From positions 62,001 through 126,000 of the IMG/VR virus record IMGVR_UViG_3300042934_000594: DNA of 64,000 nucleotides; one strand, 5' to 3'. Within the stretch, counting starts at the first letter, position 1. Each line of letters begins with the position of its first letter. The translations under genes were made by a program, and so were the position numbers. Below, piece after piece: positions 53,403 through 63,688 of the stretch. The notes beneath the pieces are model-generated. The model worked only from the letters and a program-made list of their open reading frames with translations, was not told the DNA's origin and did not search any database.

Positions 53403-54554
53403 ATGGTTTTACCAGTAGCCGCGGCCGTTGCAGCTGAAGTCGCTGCGCGCACGGGCGCCAAAGTTGCAGGCAATCTCATCGGTGCGGTGAGCCGTGCTAT
53501 CAAGAACGGCAGTGACATCGGCTCACTGGCAGACTTGGCTCGCCCTGCGCGAGTTGAACCGATCGTCATGATCGACAAGGGCTTGCAGAATCAACCGTTC
53601 ATGGAAGACGTCATGAAGATGACGCTGACCAGTTTCACGGCCTACTACATGCAGGCACTGTCGATGCTGCAAAACGTGGGTCGTATCGACACCCTCAAGG
53701 TGTTCGATTCGTTGAACCCGCATCGTTCGGTGGGTGACTACGGCATCAAAGACGCCGTGTTCAGTGCTGAAGCTTATAAGGACGGCTTGCCCTCGCTGGA
53801 AGCGTTCAAGCAGAAGGCGCCGCCCAAGCTGCTCGCCACCATCTCCACCGAAGCGGAAGACAGCCCACAGACGTTGGAAGGCGAATACATCAGCGTTTCC
53901 GACAAGTCGGTTGAGAAGATCTACGAGATCGACAACCTGGCTGTGGGTAAGCTGGTGAACGTCGAACTGCGCGACGGTGATGCCAAAGCGAAGATCCCGG
54001 TGTTGATTCGCCTGATCCCGGCGGCCGTACCGGCGCAGTCGTTGGTACATATCTTTACCGCAGCCGGCCGTCAGACCTGGGGCGAGCGCTACCAACTGTG
54101 GCGTGCAGGCCAAATCAGCCTGGTGCGTGACCTGATGCTGGGCATCGATTTGCTCGACGACTACCGCAAGGCGTTGGTCAACGACAAGTCGGGTACCATG
54201 ATGGCCATTACTGACCGTCGCCGTAACAACGTGCAGAAAGCTGCACTGACCGGCAAGGTCTCCATGGCCGACGCCTCCAACATCGCGGTGGTCTCCAAAG
54301 AAACCGCCAAGCAGATGGGTCAAGCGCTGTACGGCAAGCTGGACATGCTAGCTGTGCGCAACAAGATCTTCGACAACAGCTACCTGCTGATGTTGATCGT
54401 TGTGGACGAGCAGTGGGAACGCGTCACCGTGTACCACCGCGGCATGGACCTGGCCACCGACTACAGCTTCAAAGAAATCAAGGCGACTGAGAAAGGCAAG
54501 GGTCCGGACATCACCGAACTCTTCAAAGCTTTCCATCAGACCCTGGCCGCTTAA
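53403..54554 (+). CDS. Virion head protein (phiKZ gp89-like)
   Basis: ARVEPI, YYMQA, LNP.R, STE site, NLAVGK..V and GPDITE motifs. Confidence 0.78.
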   Translation: MVLPVAAAVAAEVAARTGAKVAGNLIGAVSRAIKNGSDIGSLADLARPARVEPIVMIDKGLQNQPFMEDVMKMTLTSFTAYYMQALSMLQNVGRIDTLKVFDSLNPHRSVGDYGIKDAVFSAEAYKDGLPSLEAFKQKAPPKLLATISTEAEDSPQTLEGEYISVSDKSVEKIYEIDNLAVGKLVNVELRDGDAKAKIPVLIRLIPAAVPAQSLVHIFTAAGRQTWGERYQLWRAGQISLVRDLMLGIDLLDDYRKALVNDKSGTMMAITDRRRNNVQKAALTGKVSMADASNIAVVSKETAKQMGQALYGKLDMLAVRNKIFDNSYLLMLIVVDEQWERVTVYHRGMDLATDYSFKEIKATEKGKGPDITELFKAFHQTLAA

Positions 54555-54579
54555 TCACACACTGGGGGTTGTTATCACC

Positions 54580-55482
54580 ATGGATATCCTTTCTTACGTC
54601 AAGAGTCTGTTGCCCTCCTACGAGCGCAACGAACTGCTCCGTACGCTGCAAAACCTGCAAGAAGAGCACACCGAGTTTCTGATGCCCCTGGTGCCAGATC
54701 TGCGTGAATCGTTTGCCGGTCACAAGTTCAACAGCCCGCTGTACGACCAGTACCGCATGGCGCTGTCGCGCTACGTCAACTTCCAGGGCTCCACGGCCCT
54801 GGAGCAGCTGCTGGTGTCGCTCGAACAACTGCAAGCCAATTTCCCGTTTCTGGAAAAAGAGCTCAAGCGTCTGTTCAGCCTGCAATTCACCACAGTCAAC
54901 CTGACGTACGATCGCGCCAACTTCATGCGCTACATCGAAGCGATCGGTTTCTACATCCGCTATGCCCGCAAATTCATTCTGGTCATGGTGGCTGAAGAAG
55001 CCCGTTCGGTCGGTAAAGCCACGCCGTCGGCCTGGTGCCGAGCGGAGCGTGAATGGATCGCCGACAACATGGCAGGCTTTGCCAGTCTGTGGTCAGCCAT
55101 CTACATGCGTGAAGCCGAACTGCGCAGCGCCATGGCGCGGGTCTCCAACGCTGAGATCAGCGAAGACACCTACGACATCGCGGTCAAGTCCCTGGGCGCC
55201 AGCAAACTGGACCCCATGCGCATTGCAGGCTTCAGCCCTACCGATAACTGGATCTTCAGTTTCGGTAAGACCCTGGTGGAGTGGGAAAACAAACGTCACC
55301 AGGCAGCCAAAGAAGAGCTCTACGCCACCCAGCTGCGTCTACAAGAGATGCGCGAGATGGTGCAGGGCGGCAATGCTTCGCCGCGCATCCAGGTCCTGAT
55401 CAAAACCGCTGAAGAGCGTGTGGAGAAACTGGACGCCCAGATCAATGCCGTAGAAGCTGAAAACAGCTACGACGCCGCTTAA
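54580..55482 (+). CDS. Virion inner-head protein (phiKZ gp90-like)
   Basis: YVKSLLPSY, FYIRYARK and DPMR motifs; C-terminal coiled coil. Confidence 0.78.
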   Translation: MDILSYVKSLLPSYERNELLRTLQNLQEEHTEFLMPLVPDLRESFAGHKFNSPLYDQYRMALSRYVNFQGSTALEQLLVSLEQLQANFPFLEKELKRLFSLQFTTVNLTYDRANFMRYIEAIGFYIRYARKFILVMVAEEARSVGKATPSAWCRAEREWIADNMAGFASLWSAIYMREAELRSAMARVSNAEISEDTYDIAVKSLGASKLDPMRIAGFSPTDNWIFSFGKTLVEWENKRHQAAKEELYATQLRLQEMREMVQGGNASPRIQVLIKTAEERVEKLDAQINAVEAENSYDAA

Positions 55483-55493
55483 GGGGAACGACG

Positions 55494-56024
55494 ATGGTCA
55501 TGCCAAACTCGGTCAAAGTCTTCCCCCGCGGTTACAGCGGTGGTCAGGTCGGTAGCCTGGGCACCCACAGCCTGCGTAACGGGGATGATATCATCACCCA
55601 GCTGTACCAGGAATTCACCTCGCACGACAACAAGTCCCTGGGTTGGGAGTTTCGTCGCCGGGTGATTGCCGAGGTCAAGCGTCTGCTTTCGGGCAACGTC
55701 AACTGGTTCATCAAGCAAGACAGCAACGCCATGGTCACGAAGTACAGCTACGAGTTCCTGCTCGACACACTGCGCTTCATTGCCACCGGGCGTCGTCGTC
55801 TGAGCATCTTCACCTGGCCTGACCTGGTGGGTAGCCACCCGGCCGGCGGTTTGGAGAACGTCTCTGAGCGCCGTGAGATTGCTGACATGTTCGAGAAGCT
55901 GTTGCTCTCGACATCGGCTGACGCCTTGATCCAGCGCTGGTGCAGTCAGAAGGGCGGCTTTGACGACATGATGTATTCGATCAACCTGCTCTTTGGTGAT
56001 GTCCACCTTCGTGGCGAACATTAA
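55494..56024 (+). CDS. Virion protein (phiKZ gp91-like)
   Basis: PRG..GG, FL.DTL.FI.TG.R.L and W...GGF.D motifs. Confidence 0.72.
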   Translation: MVMPNSVKVFPRGYSGGQVGSLGTHSLRNGDDIITQLYQEFTSHDNKSLGWEFRRRVIAEVKRLLSGNVNWFIKQDSNAMVTKYSYEFLLDTLRFIATGRRRLSIFTWPDLVGSHPAGGLENVSERREIADMFEKLLLSTSADALIQRWCSQKGGFDDMMYSINLLFGDVHLRGEH

Positions 56025-56036
56025 AAGGAACTGAAC

Positions 56037-57416
56037 ATGACTCTCTCTGCTCTGGCGCGATTCGCCCAAGTGGAAATGCTCACCCCCTCCGTTGAGGAGA
56101 TGGGCGATGCCGAGAAAGCCGGATCGATCAACGCCGAGCAGTTGCAAGGTGAGATCTCCGAGCAAAAGACGGCTGAGTTGTCGGCCGAGTTGGAAGGCGA
56201 CACCATTCAAGCCGACGTCGAAGCCCTGGCGGGTGAATCGGTTGCACTGGAAGCTTACGTCAAACTGCTCACCCAAGCCAGCCGTGAAGGCGGCATGACC
56301 GCGCAAGAAATGGCGTTCGTCAACGTTGGCCTGGAAGCGTACCAAGCGCGCACCGCGCAATTGGTGCAGGTCCCATCGATCGAAGAGTTTGACGGTTCGG
56401 TTCGTCGTAACCGCGCCACCCGTGTGTCGGTCGAAGCACTGAGCGAACACGCCAAGGGTACTTGGGAAGCCCTCAAAGCGGCGCTCAAGGCAGCCTGGGA
56501 AGCGTTCCTGGAAACCGTGGCAGGGTTGTTCGACAACCTGGACTGGACCATCAAAAACGCCAAGCAACTCAAGACGTCGGTCCATGGCCTTAAAGGCAGT
56601 CCGTCTGATGTGGCCGTCACCAGCCCGATTTATTTCATCGACGGTAAGTACGTTGGCGATGACATGAGCGTCACGGGTGAGCTGATCGACTTCCTGACTC
56701 AGAAATGGGCCGGGTCGGTAGGGCGCATCACCCACGAGTTCACCCAGGTGGTCAAAGACCACAAGTTCGAAGACCTGGACATGCAACAGTCCATCGCCGC
56801 ACTCCTGCGCCTGATGCCGCAACACGGTTACTTGGGTACTGAAGTGCAAGACGGCGACATCGGCTTTCGCAAGGACGCCCATGTCACCCGTTCCAAAACC
56901 CTGCCAGGCAACACGGCCGTTTACATGGCCATGCCGGTTGAAGGTAAGGGCGAGGGGATGGCAAGCTTCATGTCACAGTGGGCTGACGTGGCCTTCCGCA
57001 TTCATGCCGTGCCTAAAGCACAGGGCGCGACCGCAGGGGATCAAGCCACGCAATCGCCACAGGGTCTGAATAAAACCCTGGACGACATCATCCGCATGGC
57101 AGAAAAGCTCAAGGGCCTCAAAACGGCCACGCAGAACAACAAGGAAGAACTGGTCAAGTTGGCCAGTGCTCTGGACGGTTTGCGTGACAAGGCCAATTCC
57201 CGTACCGATTCGGCAGACGGTAAGTCCGCCTTTATTGATACGGGCAGTGTGGTGTCCCAGGTGACTCAGGTGGTCAACACCCTGCAACGCATGAACACCA
57301 CGGACTTCTCCGGCATTGTGCGCTACTGCACCACCCTGCTCAAAGCGCAGGTGTTGCTGGTGAAGAAACAGGTCGAGTGCTACGGCGGTGCTCCGGCAGC
57401 TGCGCTGGCGAACTAA
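56037..57416 (+). CDS. Inner-head (ejection) protein paralog 1 (gp93-97 family)
   Basis: Acidic propeptide with SVE, ALE, GLE, SIE, SVE sites; TLPGN.A motif. Confidence 0.8.
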   Translation: MTLSALARFAQVEMLTPSVEEMGDAEKAGSINAEQLQGEISEQKTAELSAELEGDTIQADVEALAGESVALEAYVKLLTQASREGGMTAQEMAFVNVGLEAYQARTAQLVQVPSIEEFDGSVRRNRATRVSVEALSEHAKGTWEALKAALKAAWEAFLETVAGLFDNLDWTIKNAKQLKTSVHGLKGSPSDVAVTSPIYFIDGKYVGDDMSVTGELIDFLTQKWAGSVGRITHEFTQVVKDHKFEDLDMQQSIAALLRLMPQHGYLGTEVQDGDIGFRKDAHVTRSKTLPGNTAVYMAMPVEGKGEGMASFMSQWADVAFRIHAVPKAQGATAGDQATQSPQGLNKTLDDIIRMAEKLKGLKTATQNNKEELVKLASALDGLRDKANSRTDSADGKSAFIDTGSVVSQVTQVVNTLQRMNTTDFSGIVRYCTTLLKAQVLLVKKQVECYGGAPAAALAN

Positions 57417-57461
57417 TCCAACTCGGGGGTGTGTAAGCACCCCCAGCTCCAGGGGACACTC

Positions 57462-58916
57462 ATGAGCGCTCTGAAAGGCTTTATTCAAAAGACCGGCCTC
57501 GAGAATTTCGATTTCGATGACGGCAAAGTAAAAACCGAAGTGATCGCCGGTGACATCGACTCCACCCTCTCGGAAGTCAAAGCTGACCTGACCTCGGCTG
57601 ACATCGAGATGACTAAGGTCAACGACGCTGCGCAAGCACTGTCGGAAGAATCAGCCGCACTGGAAGCGTACTGCGATCTGTTGCGCCGCGCCTCCCAAGG
57701 GCAGGGGATCACTCCGCGTGGTTTCCAAGCGTTGTCCATTGGTGTGGAAGCATTCGAAAGCCGCAGTGGTTATCGCGTGGCCAACTTCCCCGCGGTACGT
57801 GACGTCGGCGGTCGGCTGACCCAGCGTCAAGCTGCCACGGTGTCGTTGGAATCGTTGTCTGAAGCGGCCAAGGCTACCTGGGAAGCGTTCAAAGCGGCGA
57901 TGGCGGCACTGATCGGTCAGATCCAGGACTACGCCACCAAGCTGTTGGACGGCTCCAAGAAACTGGAAGTGCGCGGCCAAGCACTGGCCACCGCTGTGGC
58001 CGCCTTGAACGGCACACCGAAAACCCCAACGTTCGACATTGCCAATGCCAGCCCGCTGGCAGTGGACGGTCAGTTCGGCGGCCAGGATCACAAGCCGGTC
58101 ACCAATATGGTGGCGCAGGTCTACGCACATTTCCTGGGTGGGTTGACCTTCTACATCGAAGACATCACCAAAACGATCGACAAGGTTCGTTTCGATGCCC
58201 CGTTGTCTGAAGTGGACCTAAAGGGTGCTTTGACACATGCCCCTCACACCTGGTTCTCGTTTGGCAGTGTGCCCGTCGAAGGTGACAGTCGTTTCCCAGC
58301 CGGTACGAAAGTCATGCGTTCGCCTACCATGGCGGGCAACATGGCGATCTATCTGGCTACCCCTGAGAAAGACGCCGCAGCCTCCAGTGCTGAATTGGCT
58401 GAAATGCTCAAGACCTGCAAGTTCAGTCTGTTGCCGGTGACCGATGCCAAACCGCTGACAGAAGTCAGTGGGGTTGCGGTGGACAACGCGCAGAACCTCA
58501 AGGCCCGCGTCACGCAGATCAACCTGGCGATCAAACAGATCGTCGACAAGCAGGAATACGCGACCGACGCTAAAGCGGCGCTCGATAAACTGCTGCATTC
58601 GGTGGATCAACTGCAACAACGTGCGGCAGCGGCCAAGGATGCTTCGGCACCTGCTGCGGGTACCGATGCCAATGCTACCCCAGCGGCCCCAGCGTCGGGT
58701 GAGAACCCAACGCAAGTGGTGCAGGACTTCGTGGCTGTGGCCAACAACCTGAAGTCGATGATGGGCAAAGACGTTCAAGGCATGCTCGCGTACAGCGTGC
58801 GAACCCTGGGTGCTTACCTGTCGGTCATCGACAAAGAAGTGGCCTGTTACTCGGAACCCGCGGCAGCTCCAGCTGAGGCGGCTCCGGCCGCTCCTGCTCC
58901 AGCGCCTGCTGCGTAA
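57462..58916 (+). CDS. Inner-head protein paralog 2
   Basis: GLE, ALEAY and VSLESL motifs; MAGNMA; A/P-rich tail. Confidence 0.8.
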   Translation: MSALKGFIQKTGLENFDFDDGKVKTEVIAGDIDSTLSEVKADLTSADIEMTKVNDAAQALSEESAALEAYCDLLRRASQGQGITPRGFQALSIGVEAFESRSGYRVANFPAVRDVGGRLTQRQAATVSLESLSEAAKATWEAFKAAMAALIGQIQDYATKLLDGSKKLEVRGQALATAVAALNGTPKTPTFDIANASPLAVDGQFGGQDHKPVTNMVAQVYAHFLGGLTFYIEDITKTIDKVRFDAPLSEVDLKGALTHAPHTWFSFGSVPVEGDSRFPAGTKVMRSPTMAGNMAIYLATPEKDAAASSAELAEMLKTCKFSLLPVTDAKPLTEVSGVAVDNAQNLKARVTQINLAIKQIVDKQEYATDAKAALDKLLHSVDQLQQRAAAAKDASAPAAGTDANATPAAPASGENPTQVVQDFVAVANNLKSMMGKDVQGMLAYSVRTLGAYLSVIDKEVACYSEPAAAPAEAAPAAPAPAPAA

Positions 58917-58924
58917 CCCTTAGA

Positions 58925-58954
58925 GCGCTCTCCCGAAAGGGAGGGCGTTTTATT
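58925..58954 (+). terminator. Terminator
   Basis: GCGCTCTCCC-GAAA-GGGAGGGCGT + TTTATT. Confidence 0.72.
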
Positions 58955-58976
58955 CAGTGTCCCCAAGGAATTTATC

Positions 58977-60356
58977 ATGAGCCTTGAATGGTTGAAACAA
59001 AATACCCCTGAGCTGGTCGTGTCCAAGGAAGAAGCCGGCGACACCGCCATCTGGGGTGCCCCGCGCCCAGACGAAGATTCGGAAATCGGCGCCCTGTGGA
59101 ACCGCATGCACCCACCGGGTGTGCAAGGCGTAGCGTTTACTCACTTCGGTGGTCTGGAAGACGCTGAGGGCGCGTCTGCGGCTCAATACGCTCAAGACCA
59201 GGCACTGACTGCCTACGACGAGATGAACGACCTACACGGCGCTCTGGAGGCCTACTGTGACGTGTTGCAGTCGGCCATCGACGACGGCACCGGCATGCAC
59301 CCACAAAGCCAGGCGTTGATCAAGGTCGCAGCCCAACACCTGAAAGTGGTATCGCCCCGTCTGCAAGCCGGGTTGGAAGACTACAGCCCTCGTTCGCAGC
59401 GCCAGTACCTCTACGCGTCGTTGGAAGATTTCAAGACCACCGCCAAGAAAGTTTGGGAGCAAATGAAGCGGGCGTTCGAGCTGTTGTGGAACGCGGTCAT
59501 GGACACTACCACCAAGCTGCTGGGTAAAGCCGCTCGCTACCGTGACGAAGCCAAGGCCCTCCTGACCCAGGTTAAAGGCCAGCGTTTCAATGTGCCGCCA
59601 CTGCATGTGAGCAGCACCCCCTGGCTGTTTGCCCATGGGCGTTTCGTGGGGGCCGATGCCAGTGCCACGGACACCGTGCTCAACTACATGCAGCACGACT
59701 ATTACGTCGATCTGGAACACTCCTACAAGCAATTGCAAAAGGTGGTGCAAGACTACCGTCCGGGCAACGGCACCCTGAACATGGCGCTGTTTACCGACAG
59801 CCCCATGCAAAAGTTCCCAGGCAAACCCAACCCGGGCCTTAAGGCCACCTTGGGTGATGACGTGATCGTTCGCGGTGTCGTCGGCATGCCTGGCGGTAAA
59901 GCGTTCGTCGCGACTGCCCCGGCGGGCGTTAAGGACACAGCGGTCTCCTACACTAAGCTGTTTAATGACTTCCGGGTAGAGATCCAGGATGAACCCAAAG
60001 ATCAACACCTGCCAGTCAGCACTGAAGTTCCTGGGGGCTCTTCTTCCCAAGTGACCCAGCAGCTGGAAGCGCTGGTGAATCGGTTGGAACGTCTGGCCGA
60101 GAACAGCGGGAACGCCCGGAAGATCAAATCCATCGTGGACATCGTTGGTCACACCGCTGCCGAGCTGGCGGTCAAGATCGAGTCCAACACCACCAACCCC
60201 GAAGAAGCCCGCGATGGCATGGCGCTGTTGAAAGGGTTGAACACCGTGCTCAAGAACGTCGGTCCAAACACCAATGGCATCTTTGCCTATTTGGTCCGGG
60301 TCTACGGCACGCAACTGTCACTGCTCAAAGCCCAGGTCGCGGCGCAAGCCAACTGA
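58977..60356 (+). CDS. Inner-head protein paralog 3
   Basis: ALEAY, GMHPQ, GLE and ASLEDF motifs; MPGGKA. Confidence 0.8.
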   Translation: MSLEWLKQNTPELVVSKEEAGDTAIWGAPRPDEDSEIGALWNRMHPPGVQGVAFTHFGGLEDAEGASAAQYAQDQALTAYDEMNDLHGALEAYCDVLQSAIDDGTGMHPQSQALIKVAAQHLKVVSPRLQAGLEDYSPRSQRQYLYASLEDFKTTAKKVWEQMKRAFELLWNAVMDTTTKLLGKAARYRDEAKALLTQVKGQRFNVPPLHVSSTPWLFAHGRFVGADASATDTVLNYMQHDYYVDLEHSYKQLQKVVQDYRPGNGTLNMALFTDSPMQKFPGKPNPGLKATLGDDVIVRGVVGMPGGKAFVATAPAGVKDTAVSYTKLFNDFRVEIQDEPKDQHLPVSTEVPGGSSSQVTQQLEALVNRLERLAENSGNARKIKSIVDIVGHTAAELAVKIESNTTNPEEARDGMALLKGLNTVLKNVGPNTNGIFAYLVRVYGTQLSLLKAQVAAQAN

Positions 60357-60423
60357 GCCTGATTCTATGGCATTCCGTTAGCGCTGCTTGATTGTGGCGC
60401 TATTCCATTTCAGGGGGCACCCC

Positions 60424-60924
60424 ATGTTTAGCAATTTGAACAAATACCTCATGCCCGAGCGAGTGAGCACGGAGGACTTGAAGCAACTGGAAGTTGAACA
60501 AGTCCCCACCGCTGACGTCGGGCATGACATGCCGCTAGCCCAGGTTCCTAACGAACCGCCGGTGCAACCACTGGCGTCTGAACCGCCTGCTGCGGTGATC
60601 GAAGTGGCCCGTGACGGTGACCGCATCACCATTCTCCCCACCGAAGACCCTACCGAGTTTGTAGACGACGTGGTGCAGACCGAGCAGCTGGAAGGCGACC
60701 GTGTGGCGCTGGAAGGGTACTTGGGTGTGTTGGAGACGCTGGGCGGTCAACCCATGCACCCACAGGCTCAACGCTTGCTGGCTATCAGCCTGGACAAACT
60801 CCACGGTAACAGCCCTCAAGTGTCCGTGGAAGTCTTCCGCTCCATGAGCGCTGCCTTGCGTATGGCGCAGACGTTGGCCAGCGTGAAACAGCGTTTGAGT
60901 GCACTGAAGGGGTCTGGCGCATGA
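60424..60924 (+). CDS. Short inner-head paralog (propeptide-like region only)
   Basis: VSTED, ALEGY, MHPQ, VSVE, then only ~30 aa. Confidence 0.7.
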   Translation: MFSNLNKYLMPERVSTEDLKQLEVEQVPTADVGHDMPLAQVPNEPPVQPLASEPPAAVIEVARDGDRITILPTEDPTEFVDDVVQTEQLEGDRVALEGYLGVLETLGGQPMHPQAQRLLAISLDKLHGNSPQVSVEVFRSMSAALRMAQTLASVKQRLSALKGSGA

Positions 60925-62435
60925 GTCGCCTGGCCCAGTGGGCGTCACTCATCCCGGTGGTCTCGGCTGAAGACCTGACTGAAACCCAACCCCAGGGTGA
61001 TCACAGCGCCGTGGGCGCCGACACCAAAGTCGACGTACCCCTGGAGCAACACCTCAATCCACTGGACCCTCAACCTGAAGTCAAACCCGAGCAGGAAGTC
61101 ACGGTGTTTGTGGAAGGGGAGAAAGTGGTGCAACCGGCAGGCTTTGCCGACCTGTACGTGGACGACCATGCCCGCCTGGCTGCACTGGCGAGTGGGGCTA
61201 CCCCGGCGGTGGAAGACAACAACCATTTGTTGGACGACCATCACCTAGCTGTGGTGCAACAGCAAACTGCTGACAAGGGCGAGGAGCTGGACAACGCCAT
61301 TACGATGCACGCGGCGCTGGAGCAGTATCACGCCCTGTTGACCGAAGCCGATACACAGGGCGGAATCAGTCAGCAGGCGGCTAAGTTCATGCGCCTGGGC
61401 CTTGAGCAATTGGAAGCGCAGTTTGCTCAACCGCTTCAACTCACCCCTGGACTGGAATGCTTCGGGGGTCCAGAGGCTTCCCGTCATTCGACCCGGGTGT
61501 CGGTCGAAGCCCTGGGTGGGGCCATGGGTCACACCTTCAAAGCCATCCAGGAAATCTGGCGAGAACTGCGGATCTACCTGGGCACGCTCTGGAACGAACT
61601 GCTTGACGGTACCACCAAGCTGCAAAAGGACATTGAAGTCACCGCGCAAGCGGCCAGTGTGGTTAAGGGTGAACCTAAAGCGTCGTCCTTTACCGTACGC
61701 AATGCCCAGCTGGCGTTTGCTGACGGTGAGTTCGTGGCCCACAACCCTGTGGTGATTGCAGGCCTGACGGCGGTGATCACTCAAGAGTACCCCACGGAAT
61801 TGCGCCAGTGGCTCAAGACCTTGGCCACGTGCTGTAAGCAGTTGGACTTGCGTGACCCCCTGACCATCGACAAGCAGTTGGAGATGGTGCGCAGCATGGG
61901 TGGCCCGCACACCAGTCTGTCGCGGGCCTTCAACAGTCAGAGCAGCGACGTGTTGCCGGGTAACTACACCGTCCACAAGCACAACACCGTGGAAGCACAC
62001 GGCAGTCGTGACAAGGTCTTTGCCAGCTACGGGGGCGATGCGTTCTTCACCGTCCACCCGCCGTCGGCGCACAGCCTCGGCAAAGCGAAGAAAGACGCCC
62101 CGGCCACGTACGAGGTGCCTGTAGGGACCCCAGCAGAGGTGCAGAAGCGCGCTGCCGACCTGTTGAAGATCATCAACGCTTTGGCCCAAAGCCGCAGCTT
62201 TAAGGTGGATCTGACGCGGGAGTTGGATGACCTGGCCAGTGCTGCTGAAGCTTTGATCAAACGGGCTGAAGCCACCCATACGCCGGCCATTGCCATGGTG
62301 CGTCAATTCACCAATGGTTGCGCCGCCGTGTCGCGTACGGGGTTGGGTAACTTCAACCAGGTGTACTACTACCTGGTCCGTGTACTCAAGACCAACCTGT
62401 CGATCCTGCGGCGCGAGATCGAGATGTACCAATAA
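60921..62435 (+). CDS. Inner-head protein paralog 4
   Basis: VSAED, ALEQY, GLE and VSVEAL motifs; VLPGN. Confidence 0.8.
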   Translation: MSRLAQWASLIPVVSAEDLTETQPQGDHSAVGADTKVDVPLEQHLNPLDPQPEVKPEQEVTVFVEGEKVVQPAGFADLYVDDHARLAALASGATPAVEDNNHLLDDHHLAVVQQQTADKGEELDNAITMHAALEQYHALLTEADTQGGISQQAAKFMRLGLEQLEAQFAQPLQLTPGLECFGGPEASRHSTRVSVEALGGAMGHTFKAIQEIWRELRIYLGTLWNELLDGTTKLQKDIEVTAQAASVVKGEPKASSFTVRNAQLAFADGEFVAHNPVVIAGLTAVITQEYPTELRQWLKTLATCCKQLDLRDPLTIDKQLEMVRSMGGPHTSLSRAFNSQSSDVLPGNYTVHKHNTVEAHGSRDKVFASYGGDAFFTVHPPSAHSLGKAKKDAPATYEVPVGTPAEVQKRAADLLKIINALAQSRSFKVDLTRELDDLASAAEALIKRAEATHTPAIAMVRQFTNGCAAVSRTGLGNFNQVYYYLVRVLKTNLSILRREIEMYQ

Positions 62436-62469
62436 CGGCATACGGCGGGGTCACCCCCCGCCTCTTTTT
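62436..62469. terminator. Hairpin with CGGCATA flank and U-tract
   Basis: CGGCATA-c-GGCGGGG-TCACC-CCCCGCC-TCTTTTT. Confidence 0.72.
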
Positions 62470-62481
62470 AGGAGCATCACA

Positions 62482-63621
62482 ATGGTGGGTATCAAATCGT
62501 ACTTCGCCCCGCCACCGGGTGAACAAGGGGTTGCCCAGGCGGTGGATGGGGACGGCGAGCTGATCGAAGCCAACCCGGCGCAGTTGGCACGTCTGTTGGA
62601 AGCGGATGACGAATCAGCCCGTCGGGTACTGGCCTACGTGGACAGCGTGGAGGCCTGGAAAGAACGCGTCAGCACCTACCAGGACCTGCTTCCCTTTCTG
62701 GGGGTGGAAGGTTTCGGCGAAACGGTGTTGGAGTGGCTTAAGCAATTGATTTTGGCCATGGGGGATTTGATCAAAGAGTTCATGGAAGAACTCACTGCCG
62801 GTGAGATGACCGCGCAGTGGATGATCATTGAAGCCCAGAACCTGATGACCATGTCGCGTGATCGGCGTTCCCTTAAGCAGGTCCCGTTCACCGTCTCGAC
62901 GCGGGTGGCTAACCTGTCGATCCGCTACAAGCCCTGCAAGGACATCGCCGGACTGATCAACGGCTTGCGCGCCAACGAGCAGTTGTGCAATGCCTACTAC
63001 AATTACTGTGACCACACGCTAGGTCCAGGCATTGGTGGGGTACTGGCCGTGGCGCGTAACCACGGCAGTGCCAAGGAACTGGCTGACGCCATGCTTCAGA
63101 AATCCCCTCGGGCTATGATTGGCAGTGTGCTCAAGCCGATGACAGACCGTAACGGTGTGGGCTCAGGTCACATTCTGGGTAACGCCCGACTGGTCTTGAG
63201 CAGCCCTGAGTCAGAAGACCCGGTGCAAACCGTGCGTCAAACCCGACTGCGGGTCATGCCTTCTGACCCCAACCCACCGCCAATGCCTACCCAGGCGGTG
63301 TTTACCCCGTTTAACCTCAGTGCGTCGGATCAGTGCTTGAAGCAGGTGATCAGTTTGGCCACCTTACTCAAGAACCACAACACCAGCAGCGTGCGGGCAC
63401 GCCGTCGGGATCGTCTGGCGGAGATCACTCGGGTCATGACCCAGGTCACCAGCCAGATCCAAAACGCCACTGACGATGAAATCATCCGCGGCTATAAACA
63501 GGTGGTCGAATTACTCGATCAACTGAGCGACTGGCTGTCTGATCCCTTTATGGAATTATATAGCTTGACGTGCCGCAATATGCGAGCAGCCATCAACGTC
63601 TGCAACCTGAACGCGCGGTAA
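62482..63621 (+). CDS. Virion head protein (divergent paralog)
   Basis: AGGAG RBS; GVE site followed by an amphipathic helix; ILGNARL motif. Confidence 0.75.
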   Translation: MVGIKSYFAPPPGEQGVAQAVDGDGELIEANPAQLARLLEADDESARRVLAYVDSVEAWKERVSTYQDLLPFLGVEGFGETVLEWLKQLILAMGDLIKEFMEELTAGEMTAQWMIIEAQNLMTMSRDRRSLKQVPFTVSTRVANLSIRYKPCKDIAGLINGLRANEQLCNAYYNYCDHTLGPGIGGVLAVARNHGSAKELADAMLQKSPRAMIGSVLKPMTDRNGVGSGHILGNARLVLSSPESEDPVQTVRQTRLRVMPSDPNPPPMPTQAVFTPFNLSASDQCLKQVISLATLLKNHNTSSVRARRRDRLAEITRVMTQVTSQIQNATDDEIIRGYKQVVELLDQLSDWLSDPFMELYSLTCRNMRAAINVCNLNAR

Positions 63622-63626
63622 TCTAC

Positions 63627-63658
63627 GGCCCTGCTGCGCGAGCAGGGCTTCTCTTTTT
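63627..63658 (+). terminator. Terminator
   Basis: GGCCCTGCT-GCGCG-AGCAGGGCT + TCTCTTTTT. Confidence 0.68.
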
Positions 63659-63688
63659 AGGTCCACGACCACCCTGTACAAGGTACTC

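Noticed and set aside
981-62469. Hairpin family as a CRISPR array or REP/MITE element
   Set aside because: Copies are single, dispersed at gene ends and vary in stem sequence, with no spacers, cas genes, transposase or target duplications.
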